From the sequence record NC_007623.1: a DNA stretch of 64,000 nt, one strand, 5' to 3'. The notes beneath the pieces are model-generated. The model saw only the letters and a list, made by a program, of their open reading frames with translations. It was not told where the DNA came from and searched no databases. The first letter of the stretch is position 1, and the number at the start of each line of letters is the position of its first letter. This document shows positions 18,983-28,463 of the stretch, in pieces. Both the position numbers and the translations under genes were made by a program.

Positions 18983-19387
18983 ATGACAGACCGTTCGTTG
19001 AAAACTGACCGAGATGATGAATGCGGCGGGGGCCCGCTCACGCAGTTTGTCGACTACGTTACGAACAAAGACCATATACGGAATCACGAGAAATACTTGA
19101 TGGGTCGGTATGCTCGTGGGACTGAATCGGGACTGGAAGCGTGGATTAAATTCCAGTACGTCTTCGGGAGAGCGTTCGGTGAAGGGTACGTTGGGGATCT
19201 CAAGTTCAGGGTCTATTACGATTTCGATACAGGGTTCGAGTTGTTTTACGTTCCCTTTGCGTCCGGTCTCCGTCTGGAAAGACAGGGGGATGCACCTATG
19301 GTGTTCAGCCCAGATCCCAATCAACCGGGTAATGAGAAGGAGTTCATCAAATTCCTGGTTGAACATCAGGCTAATCGTCAGAAATAA
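18983..19387 (+). CDS. Hypothetical protein
   Basis: GGAGG RBS before ATG 18983. Confidence 0.65.
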   Translation: MTDRSLKTDRDDECGGGPLTQFVDYVTNKDHIRNHEKYLMGRYARGTESGLEAWIKFQYVFGRAFGEGYVGDLKFRVYYDFDTGFELFYVPFASGLRLERQGDAPMVFSPDPNQPGNEKEFIKFLVEHQANRQK

Positions 19388-19401
19388 GAACGGGTATTAC
19401 G

Positions 19402-19710
19402 ATGACCAAATCCCCTGGGAGTCCTGAGGAAGAAGTTCCTATGATTCTTCCTAACGGAGAGTTCAATCCTAAATGGAGAACGTGGTACGGTAACCAATAC
19501 GGCCTGAAACCTAAGGAGGTCAGTTATCATCAGGTGGAACGGGTTAAGAAGATGCCTGAACCAGATCTGGTGACGAGGTCAGGTAAACTGAATCCTGTTT
19601 GGATCACCTGGTACCGGGTTATCAACAAGGTCACTACACCCACCGCTCGCAATGCAGGTAAAGCGATTCTTGCTTTACGAGCTAAACAGACTAAGGAGGA
19701 AACGGCATGA
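19402..19710 (+). CDS. Hypothetical basic protein with an internal duplication (GEFNPKWRTWY / GKLNPVWITWY)
   Basis: Two G..NP.W..WY repeats in 102 aa. Confidence 0.65.
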   Translation: MTKSPGSPEEEVPMILPNGEFNPKWRTWYGNQYGLKPKEVSYHQVERVKKMPEPDLVTRSGKLNPVWITWYRVINKVTTPTARNAGKAILALRAKQTKEETA

Positions 19711-19916
19711 GCACACGACGTTTAATGAACCGTCCGCCCGTAAAGCCACTGGGTCTCCAGTTTGATCGGGAAGCGTTGTGGTTGGCTCGTATCAGCTTCA
19801 TGATGACGATGGAGATAGGGACATCTCAAGGGGCTGAATTCCTAGCTGCTGAACGTCGGTTTAGCAAGGATGCCATTGAACTCACTACTCGTTTCCTCTC
19901 GGGTAATAAGAACTGA
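19707..19916 (+). CDS. Hypothetical protein
   Basis: AGGAGG RBS; ATGA overlap with the upstream gene. Confidence 0.6.
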   Translation: MSTRRLMNRPPVKPLGLQFDREALWLARISFMMTMEIGTSQGAEFLAAERRFSKDAIELTTRFLSGNKN

Positions 19917-19986
19917 ATGTCAACTCTACGTGAAATAGCTGAATGGGTACGTGAGCAATCCTTAAAGACCCAGGAGAGTCAACAAA

Positions 19987-20160
19987 ATGTCCCTGTCGCA
20001 CCAATTCAAGAAATACCCGTTGGCAACGAGCTTCCGTCATACAGAAGTTCCGTGTTTCAATACGAAGATGTACGACTTGCCTCAAGTTAACGCTTCGTAT
20101 GGGAAATCCCAAGTCACACAGTTCTTGCTCAGACGGGCGCTGTTGAATAAAACGAAGTAA
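19987..20160 (+). CDS. Possible small hypothetical protein (57 aa)
   Basis: GGAG upstream of ATG 19987; fills the gap between genes; an alternative 57-aa frame starts at 19917. Confidence 0.3.
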   Translation: MSLSHQFKKYPLATSFRHTEVPCFNTKMYDLPQVNASYGKSQVTQFLLRRALLNKTK

Positions 20161-20196
20161 CGTTCTGGACTAAAGAGAATAAGGAGTTCTGCGTTC

Positions 20197-20643
20197 ATGA
20201 AACACTTTATCTTTGCAATTCTGCTGTTCCCCGTGGTAGCGTTCGGTGCGGTTAACCGTGAGAGCGCGCTCAACGGTCCTGAGACCTACACCTGTGAAGG
20301 GTACACTGACAACGTTGTTGATACCGTTGAGGGGAGTAATGAAATCATAACGGACAATCCCATCCAGTGGGAGAGGACCGTAGTGCTTCGAACGACTCGG
20401 GGATATGTAATCAAAGCGAATTCACTCTTCAAGGAAGATCAAATCCTGATGGTAGAACCTTTGATTACGAAGAAGGCGGACTATGCCGACAATGATTTCA
20501 TCATGTTGTTTAAGAAGTTCAACGATGTAGGAACCCCCTATTTCCTCCTCTTCGTTACTGATGATCCCACCGTCAGCAGTGAAGAGGAAGATGAGAACCC
20601 CATTGTCCGGGTCGTCACCATAGCACCCTGTCGTGTGAATTAA
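20197..20643 (+). CDS. Exported protein with Sec signal peptide
   Basis: MKHFIFAILLFPVVAFG/A; one Cys near each end of the mature chain. Confidence 0.7.
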   Translation: MKHFIFAILLFPVVAFGAVNRESALNGPETYTCEGYTDNVVDTVEGSNEIITDNPIQWERTVVLRTTRGYVIKANSLFKEDQILMVEPLITKKADYADNDFIMLFKKFNDVGTPYFLLFVTDDPTVSSEEEDENPIVRVVTIAPCRVN

Positions 20644-20654
20644 CTTCCGGTGCA

Positions 20655-20680
20655 GAACAGGAGGGACATCCCTCCTGTTC
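20655..20680 (+). terminator. Intergenic hairpin
   Basis: GAACAGGAGGG-acat-CCCTCCTGTTC. Confidence 0.5.
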
Positions 20681-20706
20681 ATCCACATTAAGATAGGACA
20701 CGCCCT

Positions 20707-21189
20707 ATGACAATTCGTTTAGACATTCTCCACCGGTTTCATCAGATTGAGGGGATACGGGAGACCATCATCGACTTCTCTACCCGACTGTTCGACTACG
20801 AGTTTGCCTTGTCGGGAATACCCGCCCACCTCAAAGACCAATACGAAGTCCCAAACTCGGCAAACGCTTATGATGAGCTCTTCGCGGATACGGATCTCTG
20901 TATTCTGGCCTTGGATGAGGATACGCCCATCGGGATGCTGCTGTCCGCCTACGAACGCCCCAATGCCATCGAAGTCTTGTTTGTAGAAGAGAAGTACCGG
21001 AATAAGCACGTCGGTAAGGTTCTGGTTGAACAATTCCACCGCATTAAGCTGGGTCATCCGATCTTTGTCACCGTAATGGCGTGGAATCCCTCCGCGCGTC
21101 GCTTCTACGAACGGAATGGTTTTATCTTTAAGGAAGATAGCCAACATGGAGAACAGGCCTTAAAGGGTGTACGTTCTCTCCTGGATTAA
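20707..21189 (+). CDS. GNAT-family acetyltransferase
   Basis: IEVLFVEEKYRNKHVGKVLV (acetyl-CoA motif A), WNPSARRFYERNGF (motif B). Confidence 0.85.
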   Translation: MTIRLDILHRFHQIEGIRETIIDFSTRLFDYEFALSGIPAHLKDQYEVPNSANAYDELFADTDLCILALDEDTPIGMLLSAYERPNAIEVLFVEEKYRNKHVGKVLVEQFHRIKLGHPIFVTVMAWNPSARRFYERNGFIFKEDSQHGEQALKGVRSLLD

Positions 21190-21235
21190 ACCCTTACTTC
21201 CTACTCACTTCCTAGCAACAATGTTGGAGTCTAAG

Positions 21236-21781
21236 ATGACTACGATTGTGTTCAGTAACCGCGTCCTCCCTCCTGTCTTCCGTTCGGTCCACGGGGTTTA
21301 TGAATCCACGGCGATTAAAACCAAGGACGGACGACTCAAGTTGATAACGGGTTTCAGTTTCGGGAAAATGGGTGAAATCATTCGCGTAGGGTACATCGAT
21401 CCCCAGAAACTAACTGATCCCCGGGAACTGAAAGCTTACCACGACCAGGTCTTGGAAGTCATTGAACTGTTCGAGAACTTACAGTTCTGGGTTAAACAAC
21501 AGATTCGAGAGTACGAAAGAGGTGGGTATAAGAGCGTACCTGAATACTGCTCCTTCGTACTCCAACAAGAATACCCCATCCTGATCCACGGTAAGATTAA
21601 GGGCGCGGCGTTGAAAGTCGAGTTATTTGGTAGAGACATCAATGAAATGGTTTTCTCGACCACGCTGAATAACCCTGATCTCGAACGTATCTTCCTCGAT
21701 AAGTTGGCGGTCATCGTTGACGGTTTCCGGAATCACCTTTCTGACGTGGATAATAACGTCACTCTGGATCAATTGTTTTAA
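21236..21781 (+). CDS. Hypothetical protein
   Basis: GGAG RBS before ATG 21236. Confidence 0.6.
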   Translation: MTTIVFSNRVLPPVFRSVHGVYESTAIKTKDGRLKLITGFSFGKMGEIIRVGYIDPQKLTDPRELKAYHDQVLEVIELFENLQFWVKQQIREYERGGYKSVPEYCSFVLQQEYPILIHGKIKGAALKVELFGRDINEMVFSTTLNNPDLERIFLDKLAVIVDGFRNHLSDVDNNVTLDQLF

Positions 21782-21791
21782 GGAGAACGGT

Positions 21792-22262
21792 ATGAAATGG
21801 ATTGTTTTGATCACCACGCTCCTGGTTTCTCTGGTTGTAAAGGCCAACGAAGATAGCTTTGTCTGTCACCAATACGGGTTTACCCAAGACCCTGAGCGTT
21901 TCCATTCCCTGTCCATGAGTCCCCAGGTTAATACGTTCGACCTCACCGCCGACCGAGTAATCTACCAAGGGCGTTTGTTTATCGGGGTGGAACCCCGAGA
22001 CTACGACTTTGATGACACGGTCGTAACCTACCTGAATGCGGAACGCAATGAGATTTTGTACTTCTACTTAGTGGGCGAGCAACCTGAAATAGGGATCAGT
22101 CGCTTGGTAGAAGACTCAGATACGTTTTTCAGCGATAAAGCGCTGTTTACGCACTGTTCATTCATCCCTAAAGGAGGAAGCGACGTTGACGATGCTTCCC
22201 AACATTCATCTCGTGTTAAAACCGGAGGAATTAGCGGACTTATCCCCGTACGACATTTTTAA
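21792..22262 (+). CDS. Exported protein with signal peptide
   Basis: AAGGAG RBS; MKWIVLITTLLVSLVVKA/N; two Cys. Confidence 0.65.
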   Translation: MKWIVLITTLLVSLVVKANEDSFVCHQYGFTQDPERFHSLSMSPQVNTFDLTADRVIYQGRLFIGVEPRDYDFDDTVVTYLNAERNEILYFYLVGEQPEIGISRLVEDSDTFFSDKALFTHCSFIPKGGSDVDDASQHSSRVKTGGISGLIPVRHF

Positions 22263-22413
22263 AGTAAAGGCAGTCAAAGACACGGGGATTGTTATCGCCC
22301 ACGGCGCCCTTTGCTTTTTCATTAAAGGTATCCTTCCGGGTATTAAGACAGGGGACACTTTGTTCTTGTACAAGGACATGCTAATTCCGAAAGAACAACC
22401 TCTTTACATTTAA
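22186..22413 (+). CDS. Small hypothetical protein
   Basis: AGGAGG RBS; overlaps the tail of the previous ORF. Confidence 0.5.
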   Translation: MTMLPNIHLVLKPEELADLSPYDIFKVKAVKDTGIVIAHGALCFFIKGILPGIKTGDTLFLYKDMLIPKEQPLYI

Positions 22414-22421
22414 GGTGACGT

Positions 22422-22754
22422 ATGACAGTCGAATTTATTCCCACACCTTTGATGATGCAACACATTACCTCAGGGTATAGTGAAATCAACCAACAGGGAC
22501 GTACGGCTCTAGAGATCCAAGAGAAATCGAGTGGTGTACTGGAGCTAATACTTTTCAGTATGCAGCGGGTGAGCGATGCCTCGCGGACCTACGGGTACAG
22601 GTCCAAAGACTACCGAGAGGTCTCGGTCCGAGAAGAACAGTACCAGGCAGGCCTGGAGCTGCTCTATAAAGACCTTCTCCAGGCATTCGAAGCGAGGGTC
22701 GAAAACACCACCTCCACGCTCAAGAGTTTCAAGGACGAAAATGGGCTATGGTAA
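22422..22754 (+). CDS. Hypothetical protein
   Basis: AAGGTG RBS; tightly packed operon. Confidence 0.6.
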   Translation: MTVEFIPTPLMMQHITSGYSEINQQGRTALEIQEKSSGVLELILFSMQRVSDASRTYGYRSKDYREVSVREEQYQAGLELLYKDLLQAFEARVENTTSTLKSFKDENGLW

Positions 22755-23026
22755 AGGTTGAGGTTAAACACGGACTCTCAGACTCCCAGCGAGCGGTGTT
22801 GAAAACCCAATTGCTGGATGTGGGGGTCCGTGTGGTAACTCTGACGAGGGGAGGTGACGAAACCCTAATAGGGTACGTGTATACTTTCAGTGGTAATAAC
22901 CCTATTGGGGTCCAGCTTCGTTTACAGGATCCGTCACTTTCCCTGACGCCACAACAGCTAGCCAGTTTTAAGTTTGCGATACGGAAGGGGCGGTTTGTTC
23001 TAGAGACACGCGGTAAGAAGAGGTGA
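22748..23026 (+). CDS. Hypothetical protein
   Basis: Overlapping start/stop with neighbours. Confidence 0.6.
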   Translation: MVKVEVKHGLSDSQRAVLKTQLLDVGVRVVTLTRGGDETLIGYVYTFSGNNPIGVQLRLQDPSLSLTPQQLASFKFAIRKGRFVLETRGKKR

Positions 23027-23029
23027 ATA

Positions 23030-23509
23030 GTGAATGTGTTCACACAGTGGATTAAACGGGTCTTCAAACGTCAACATGAGCCTCTCTTGAGTCAAGAGGA
23101 GACCAACGCCCTCATTAAGGATGTAACCACGGACTACCTCAAAACTGCGGTATCGATCGTGTTGAGAACTGTTCCCCATACCACGTTGGATGGTAAACCG
23201 AACCCTCGCTGGATTATGGGTGTCGCTCCAGGGTTCCCGGATTATGATGTCGAAGCACTGATCGGGGTTATTAACGGACTGCGTAAGGAAGAAGACGACG
23301 TCATCGATGACTATGTCTTCCACCGGAATGAGTCGGCTAATTACCGGAATCTGGATGAAGAACTTCAACCGTTTATTAAGCCCGCTGTACGGTTCAATGA
23401 GAATAACAAAATCGAAATCAAGTTACTGGGCGGTTGGAAACCTTTTAACCCCGCTGTGTCGGGTTCTGTACGGAGAAAAATGAATGAAGACAAACACTTC
23501 ACCGCCTGA
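23030..23509 (+). CDS. Hypothetical protein
   Basis: GAGG RBS; 159 aa. Confidence 0.6.
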   Translation: MNVFTQWIKRVFKRQHEPLLSQEETNALIKDVTTDYLKTAVSIVLRTVPHTTLDGKPNPRWIMGVAPGFPDYDVEALIGVINGLRKEEDDVIDDYVFHRNESANYRNLDEELQPFIKPAVRFNENNKIEIKLLGGWKPFNPAVSGSVRRKMNEDKHFTA

Positions 23510-24032
23510 GTACATCATCAGTGAGAACGGTGACTGGTTCCATTTCAGTGGGTATTGGGGGGTGTTCTCCCGGTGCTTGTGTCGGATGGGTGGGAAGTTC
23601 CATGAGGCTATCGATGTCTCGTTAACCCCGATTAATGTCTGGCAGTGGGAAAACCTGAAACAGGTTCGTATTCGTAAACACCGCACCGCTGAGACCAATC
23701 CCTTTGCCTTTGCCCATTCGTTCCCCAAAGTGCGTTATGACCACCTGGTAGAAAAAGTGGGGGAGACGGTTGCGCACCTGCTGGTTCACGAGGATCTCTT
23801 GGCTGAAATAGACATGTCGCTGTTTCGCCACATGGATCGTGTGTGGGGATGGGGTGGTGGTGTCCCCTTTATCCTGGTGTGTAAAGAGCGAGACCGTTAC
23901 CCTGAGCTCCTGGAACATTGGTTCACTGTATTGGATAACGAATCCGCGTACTTGAAAAGCATGGATGAGGACATGATGCAACGTTATCTCATCCATACTG
24001 AAAGCTGTCGGGCTAAAGCCCACTCTCACTAA
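23484..24032 (+). CDS. Hypothetical protein
   Basis: GGAG RBS; 182 aa. Confidence 0.6.
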   Translation: MKTNTSPPEYIISENGDWFHFSGYWGVFSRCLCRMGGKFHEAIDVSLTPINVWQWENLKQVRIRKHRTAETNPFAFAHSFPKVRYDHLVEKVGETVAHLLVHEDLLAEIDMSLFRHMDRVWGWGGGVPFILVCKERDRYPELLEHWFTVLDNESAYLKSMDEDMMQRYLIHTESCRAKAHSH

Positions 24033-24103
24033 TTCCGAACACCCGCTCCTATTCTTTACCTCGGAATGACAACTCAATCGTTAATGACCTATAAGGAACC
24101 TGA

Positions 24104-24364
24104 ATGACTACCATCAAAGTCCAACAAAAACTGGGTCTGGCTGCTTTTGCTATCCTGTCGGACCAACTGAAAGCAGAAGGTATTCACGTGATTAACCCGG
24201 TAGAGGGCGAGGTGGTTACCGCTGACGATGTGGTTGGTAAAGTCCTGGCTGCCTTCAACCTGGGCAACAAGATTGAAGTGAACGCGGACGTCCCCGCTAG
24301 CAATAAAGGGGTGAATTACCGGTTCGAACGGATTGGGGGAGCGTACTACCTGGTCCGGAAGTAG
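24104..24364 (+). CDS. Small hypothetical protein with host-like codons
   Basis: AAGGA RBS; 86 aa; followed by hairpin 24374-24402. Confidence 0.65.
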   Translation: MTTIKVQQKLGLAAFAILSDQLKAEGIHVINPVEGEVVTADDVVGKVLAAFNLGNKIEVNADVPASNKGVNYRFERIGGAYYLVRK

Positions 24365-24430
24365 CTAACGACTCGCCCTCCTGCCTTATTGGCAGGAGGG
24401 TGTATGTCCTTTATTTGTTATGAGGTGGTT

Positions 24431-25093
24431 ATGTCAAGACAATCGTTGTTGGAATATGGAAGAGGGTGGTTATGCGACCAGGGTGGTGAGGGTAAAGAGG
24501 AATGGACCGGGGGTGACGCGGTGTTCTACTCCATGAGTGTCAGTCCTTTAGCTTATCCCACCACCACCTTTTGGACGGGTCGTTTCAATATCCACATGGA
24601 GAACATCACTGTTCGGTTACATTCGCACGATAATGATCCTGAATTGGTGTTGTTCTTCAATAAGCTCAATCTACTGGAGCAGGGCGTACGGGAGTATTGC
24701 AAGGCGTTCAGAAAGGTCCTCAATAACCCGAAGAAACCCCTAAAGGAACCCGTCTATAAGCGACAGTGGCTCAACCCTGAGAACATTGAAGCGCCCTTTA
24801 CGGGGTATTATTTCTATTGCATCGATCAGGATAAGGCAGGCCGGTTCTGCGTTGGGGATTGCCACCGGACCATTGTGATGTGGATGGACATTCACCACAA
24901 TGACGGGAGGGTCTTTAACAAAGCGTTGTTAGAAGTTCAACTCAGCGCTCTCCAATGCCTGGTGACCTATTTGAAGGAGGCTCAGGTTAAGATCAAGAGT
25001 CTTCGTAAGCAATACAAGGTCTTAGGTTGGGATAAACCTCAGGAGCTCCAGAGTGACACGTCCTCTGAGGACGTTCTTCCCGATCCCCAGTAG
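24431..25093 (+). CDS. Hypothetical protein
   Basis: GAGGT RBS before ATG 24431. Confidence 0.6.
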   Translation: MSRQSLLEYGRGWLCDQGGEGKEEWTGGDAVFYSMSVSPLAYPTTTFWTGRFNIHMENITVRLHSHDNDPELVLFFNKLNLLEQGVREYCKAFRKVLNNPKKPLKEPVYKRQWLNPENIEAPFTGYYFYCIDQDKAGRFCVGDCHRTIVMWMDIHHNDGRVFNKALLEVQLSALQCLVTYLKEAQVKIKSLRKQYKVLGWDKPQELQSDTSSEDVLPDPQ

Positions 25094-25101
25094 AAATTAA
25101 T

Positions 25102-25125
25102 AAACCTATATTACTCAGGTGTAAT
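25102..25125 (+). promoter_or_regulatory. Putative early promoter of the chaperonin gene
   Basis: AAACCTATATTAC-tcagg-TG; ATTAC-N6-GTAAT inverted repeat spans the predicted start site. Confidence 0.7.
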
Positions 25126-25157
25126 GCAATTAGGTATGGTTTAACAGGAGTACGAAG

Positions 25158-26834
25158 ATGTCTCAAACGCTACTGGTACATGGTAAAGATGCCCAAGGAA
25201 TCATTAAACAGGTCTTGAGTGAGGTGTATGACGCCGTCACTTCGACCATGGGTCCGAATGGTCAGTTGGTGATGATCAAGAATGGGGTCTCCACCAAGAC
25301 CACCAAGGATGGGGTGACGGTAGCCCGTTCCATTCGCTTTGCAGATGAAGCCCATGAATTGGTGAACCGGGTAATTACCGAGCCGGCTACGAAGACCGAT
25401 GAGGAATGCGGGGATGGCACTACCACCACCATCATGCTGACCCATGCGCTCTATCACCTGTTCAAGGACTTCCCAGGTTTCCAACACCACCGGAACATTG
25501 AAGACTTGGTAGAGCGGGTTATCCAACGTTTGGAATCCATGGCGATTCGGGTGGAAGTGGATGACCCTCGGTTGTATCAAGTGGCCCTGACCTCGTCTAA
25601 CCAGGATGAAAAGCTCGCCCGACTGGTTAGTGAGCTCTATGCGAATAACAAAGGGAGTTATCCGGATATTGAACTCAAGGAAGGGGTCAACTTCGAAGAC
25701 CAGATCGAACAAACTACAGGGCGCACTATCCGTATGTTCTACGCGAATCCCTGGTTTGCGAAAGGCCACCAAGGGGGTGTGACAGAATTGACGGGGTTTA
25801 CGGCGTTCGTTATCGATCGTCGGATTGACAAGGAAGACACCCAGAAGTTGATTGATGGGGTGAATCACCTTGTGAAAACTCACAAACAACACCTGGCCCT
25901 TCCCATCCTGCTGATTGCACGAAGTTTCGAAGAAGCCGCTAACTCGACCCTGATGCAATTGAATGCGGCGCACCCAACCCTGGTAGAAGACGGACGTCCT
26001 TGGTTAATCCCGTTGAGTACGCCGGTAGGTGGTGCAATTGGGACCTCTGAACTGCAAGACATCGCGGTCATGCTGAACGCCCCTATGCTCAGTGACGTAG
26101 CGGACCTGACCAAGTTGGATACCCATTCGATCAATGGCCAACACGGCCAACTGGAACTGGGGGGCAATCGGTCTATCCTGAAGAGTACCACACCTAAGGA
26201 TGAAGACCGGATCGAACAACATGCTCGGGGTATTGAGGAACTGTTGGAGGGGTTTAGCCTCAGCGATAAGTTCTCTGTACGCGCCCGGTACAACGAACGG
26301 CGTATTCGGACCCTACGGGGTAAGTTGATCACCATTTCCGTAGGCGGCGAAACCTATTCTGAAGTCAAGGAACGGGTAGACCGGTACGAGGATGTGGTGA
26401 AAGCCATTCGTTCCGCCTTGGAGAACGGCATCCTTCCTGGCGGTGGCGTATCCCTGGTTAAGGCGGTCTTCGGTACGATCAAGGAAGGCCTCGAAGATAA
26501 AGACCAGAGCGCTGAGTTTGCTAAGCGGTATATCAACTCAGGCATTGCCAATGAGTTGATGCGACTGTCCACTATTCAGCATAAGCTGTTGTTCAAGGAC
26601 ACGGCGCTGTATAAGGAAAATGGGAGTTTCCATTTTAATGATGATTGGCTCAATACACCGACCGTCATGAATCTGGCAACTGGTGAGATTGGTACCCCGG
26701 AGGGATTGGGTATTTATGACACCGCGTATGCCTCTATCACTGCGCTGAAAGGCGGACTCCAAACCGCTAAGATCTTGGCCACTACGAAGACACTGATCCT
26801 AGGGGAGAAGTTGTCGGCGGTTAAGGTGCGGTAA
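25158..26834 (+). CDS. groEL: Phage-encoded GroEL-like chaperonin (EL gp146-like)
   Basis: TMGPNG, TKDGVTVA, GDGTTT, VGG.T..E.KE..DR.ED...A...A.E.GILPGGG; 558 aa; no GGM tail. Confidence 0.95.
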   Translation: MSQTLLVHGKDAQGIIKQVLSEVYDAVTSTMGPNGQLVMIKNGVSTKTTKDGVTVARSIRFADEAHELVNRVITEPATKTDEECGDGTTTTIMLTHALYHLFKDFPGFQHHRNIEDLVERVIQRLESMAIRVEVDDPRLYQVALTSSNQDEKLARLVSELYANNKGSYPDIELKEGVNFEDQIEQTTGRTIRMFYANPWFAKGHQGGVTELTGFTAFVIDRRIDKEDTQKLIDGVNHLVKTHKQHLALPILLIARSFEEAANSTLMQLNAAHPTLVEDGRPWLIPLSTPVGGAIGTSELQDIAVMLNAPMLSDVADLTKLDTHSINGQHGQLELGGNRSILKSTTPKDEDRIEQHARGIEELLEGFSLSDKFSVRARYNERRIRTLRGKLITISVGGETYSEVKERVDRYEDVVKAIRSALENGILPGGGVSLVKAVFGTIKEGLEDKDQSAEFAKRYINSGIANELMRLSTIQHKLLFKDTALYKENGSFHFNDDWLNTPTVMNLATGEIGTPEGLGIYDTAYASITALKGGLQTAKILATTKTLILGEKLSAVKVR

Positions 26835-26843
26835 GGGGTTTGT

Positions 26844-26886
26844 AAAGGAGTAGGGGGAAGACCCCTACTCCTTTATTTTTTTTTTA
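26844..26886 (+). terminator. Intrinsic terminator
   Basis: AAAGGAGTAGGGG-gaaga-CCCCTACTCCTTT followed by a long T tract. Confidence 0.8.
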
Positions 26887-26996
26887 AGGAAATCGATGGA
26901 TGACGAAGCATTTGAAGGAGGTAGACATCCTATGCAGTGAGTCTTGTAACTTCTTTTGACTTACTCCCATTGGACCACCTTTAAGAGGATAAAGCA

Positions 26997-27626
26997 ATGG
27001 CTTCAAACCTTCCAATCCAAACGATCTTCCTCGACAAATTCGTCGAGTTCAACAAAGACCGCTACAAAGACCAGGCGGAAATGCTCGCCCTCTTTGACGG
27101 CCTGACCCTCGCGGACATCACGATCTCCGACATCACCGCCGACGGCGCCAACCCCGAGCTGCAAAGCGCCACGGTCACCTCTGTGAGCCGCAACTTCAAA
27201 GGTGTCGAACAAAAATGGCTCCCGGCGAACATCAACACTCCGTTCGCCTTCGTGGTGGTGAACAAAGGCGCTCCCCTGACCGGCGAAGACCAACTGGCCG
27301 AGCAGACCACCCCGGGTGCCTACGTTTACCTGGTCGGTGAAGGCGAAGAAGCGGTTCAACGCGTGGGCCTGGTGCTGGCTTCCACCACCACCACTGAAAC
27401 CCAAGCCGCCGACGCCCTGGCGCTGTTCAAGGCCAACTTCGAATACGTCCTGGACGACGCCGATGTCGATACTGCCACCGCCAAGGTGCTCAAGGTAACC
27501 ACCAACCCGTTCACCCGCGGCGAGCTCGTGTACGAAATTGGTAAGGCTCCGATCATCGAGATTCCGGAAACTGACTACGGTCGTCTGGAATTCAAAGAAA
27601 TCGTTCAACCCGAACCCCAACCGTAA
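26997..27626 (+). CDS. Probable virion structural protein, paralogue of 39313-39894
   Basis: FLDKFVEFNKDRYKD vs FLERFIAFNKERYSD; strongly C-ending codons. Confidence 0.65.
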   Translation: MASNLPIQTIFLDKFVEFNKDRYKDQAEMLALFDGLTLADITISDITADGANPELQSATVTSVSRNFKGVEQKWLPANINTPFAFVVVNKGAPLTGEDQLAEQTTPGAYVYLVGEGEEAVQRVGLVLASTTTTETQAADALALFKANFEYVLDDADVDTATAKVLKVTTNPFTRGELVYEIGKAPIIEIPETDYGRLEFKEIVQPEPQP

Positions 27627-27633
27627 GCTAGAT

Positions 27634-27665
27634 AACTACCAAGTGGGCTAGCCCACTTGGTAGTT
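27634..27665. repeat. Perfect 32-bp palindrome with no loop
   Basis: AACTACCAAGTGGGCT|AGCCCACTTGGTAGTT. Confidence 0.9.
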
Positions 27666-27704
27666 TACCTCTCTTCGTACCTCATTTCAATTCCAGTGAA
27701 TTTC

Positions 27705-27724
27705 AAATCTACATCATCAGTGTG
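27705..27724 (+). promoter_or_regulatory. Putative early promoter
   Basis: AAATCTACATCAT-cagtg-TG. Confidence 0.55.
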
Positions 27725-27781
27725 AGCCAGGGGCAATAAAAGTTCACGGATGAATGAATTCTCTTGCAACTGGTGCTTTAA

Positions 27782-28363
27782 ATGTCATTAGGAATATTCA
27801 CCATGAGTATGAGTACTGCTAAAAGGGGTAACTTTTCTACGTCCCCCGGCAAGGAAGACGATGATCTTCCTCTGCACGAGATCCGGGATGCCTTTAATCC
27901 CGCGTTTGTGAAAACGTTTGACAAACTGGGCCTCGACCCACAATTGATCAAAGAGTTTATTTACGCGCTTGATCTGCTCGACAACATCGTTAAGACCCCC
28001 AACTTCGTATCGGGCAGAATTCTGAATAACCGAGATATCGAAGCGTACGGCGAAGAAGCGGTCTTCGCGTTCAACCGGAATAACAATATCCCGTACTACT
28101 ACGTGCGGTTGGGTATTACCGTGTCGGAAACGGTGTACAAATTGCAGGACGAGTTTCTGGAACGTGATTATCCCAAAACGATCCTGAGTATTCTCCGCCC
28201 CATGCGCACGCCCGGTATTGACGTGACCGTAGACGGCCATCCTTACAACGTAGGGATTACCTTCAAAACGCCTCATCCTTTGTTCGGTTTGGTGAATTAC
28301 CAAGATCTCCGGACTGGGATGAACACTTCAGTCCCCTTCCTACTCACTCGGGTGGGACTTTGA
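27782..28363 (+). CDS. Hypothetical protein (start may be 27803)
   Basis: 193-aa ORF after the promoter motif. Confidence 0.65.
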   Translation: MSLGIFTMSMSTAKRGNFSTSPGKEDDDLPLHEIRDAFNPAFVKTFDKLGLDPQLIKEFIYALDLLDNIVKTPNFVSGRILNNRDIEAYGEEAVFAFNRNNNIPYYYVRLGITVSETVYKLQDEFLERDYPKTILSILRPMRTPGIDVTVDGHPYNVGITFKTPHPLFGLVNYQDLRTGMNTSVPFLLTRVGL

Positions 28364-28463
28364 TCCTCTACCTGCTCCACTGGGCTTAACGCTCCGGTGG
28401 AGCGGGGTAGGGGTTATTACCGCTTTAAATTTTTCAATACACCAACCCAAAAAGGTAATAACC

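Noticed and set aside
26896-26940. 14-codon mini-ORF after the groEL terminator
   Set aside because: Too short to support; no conservation data available
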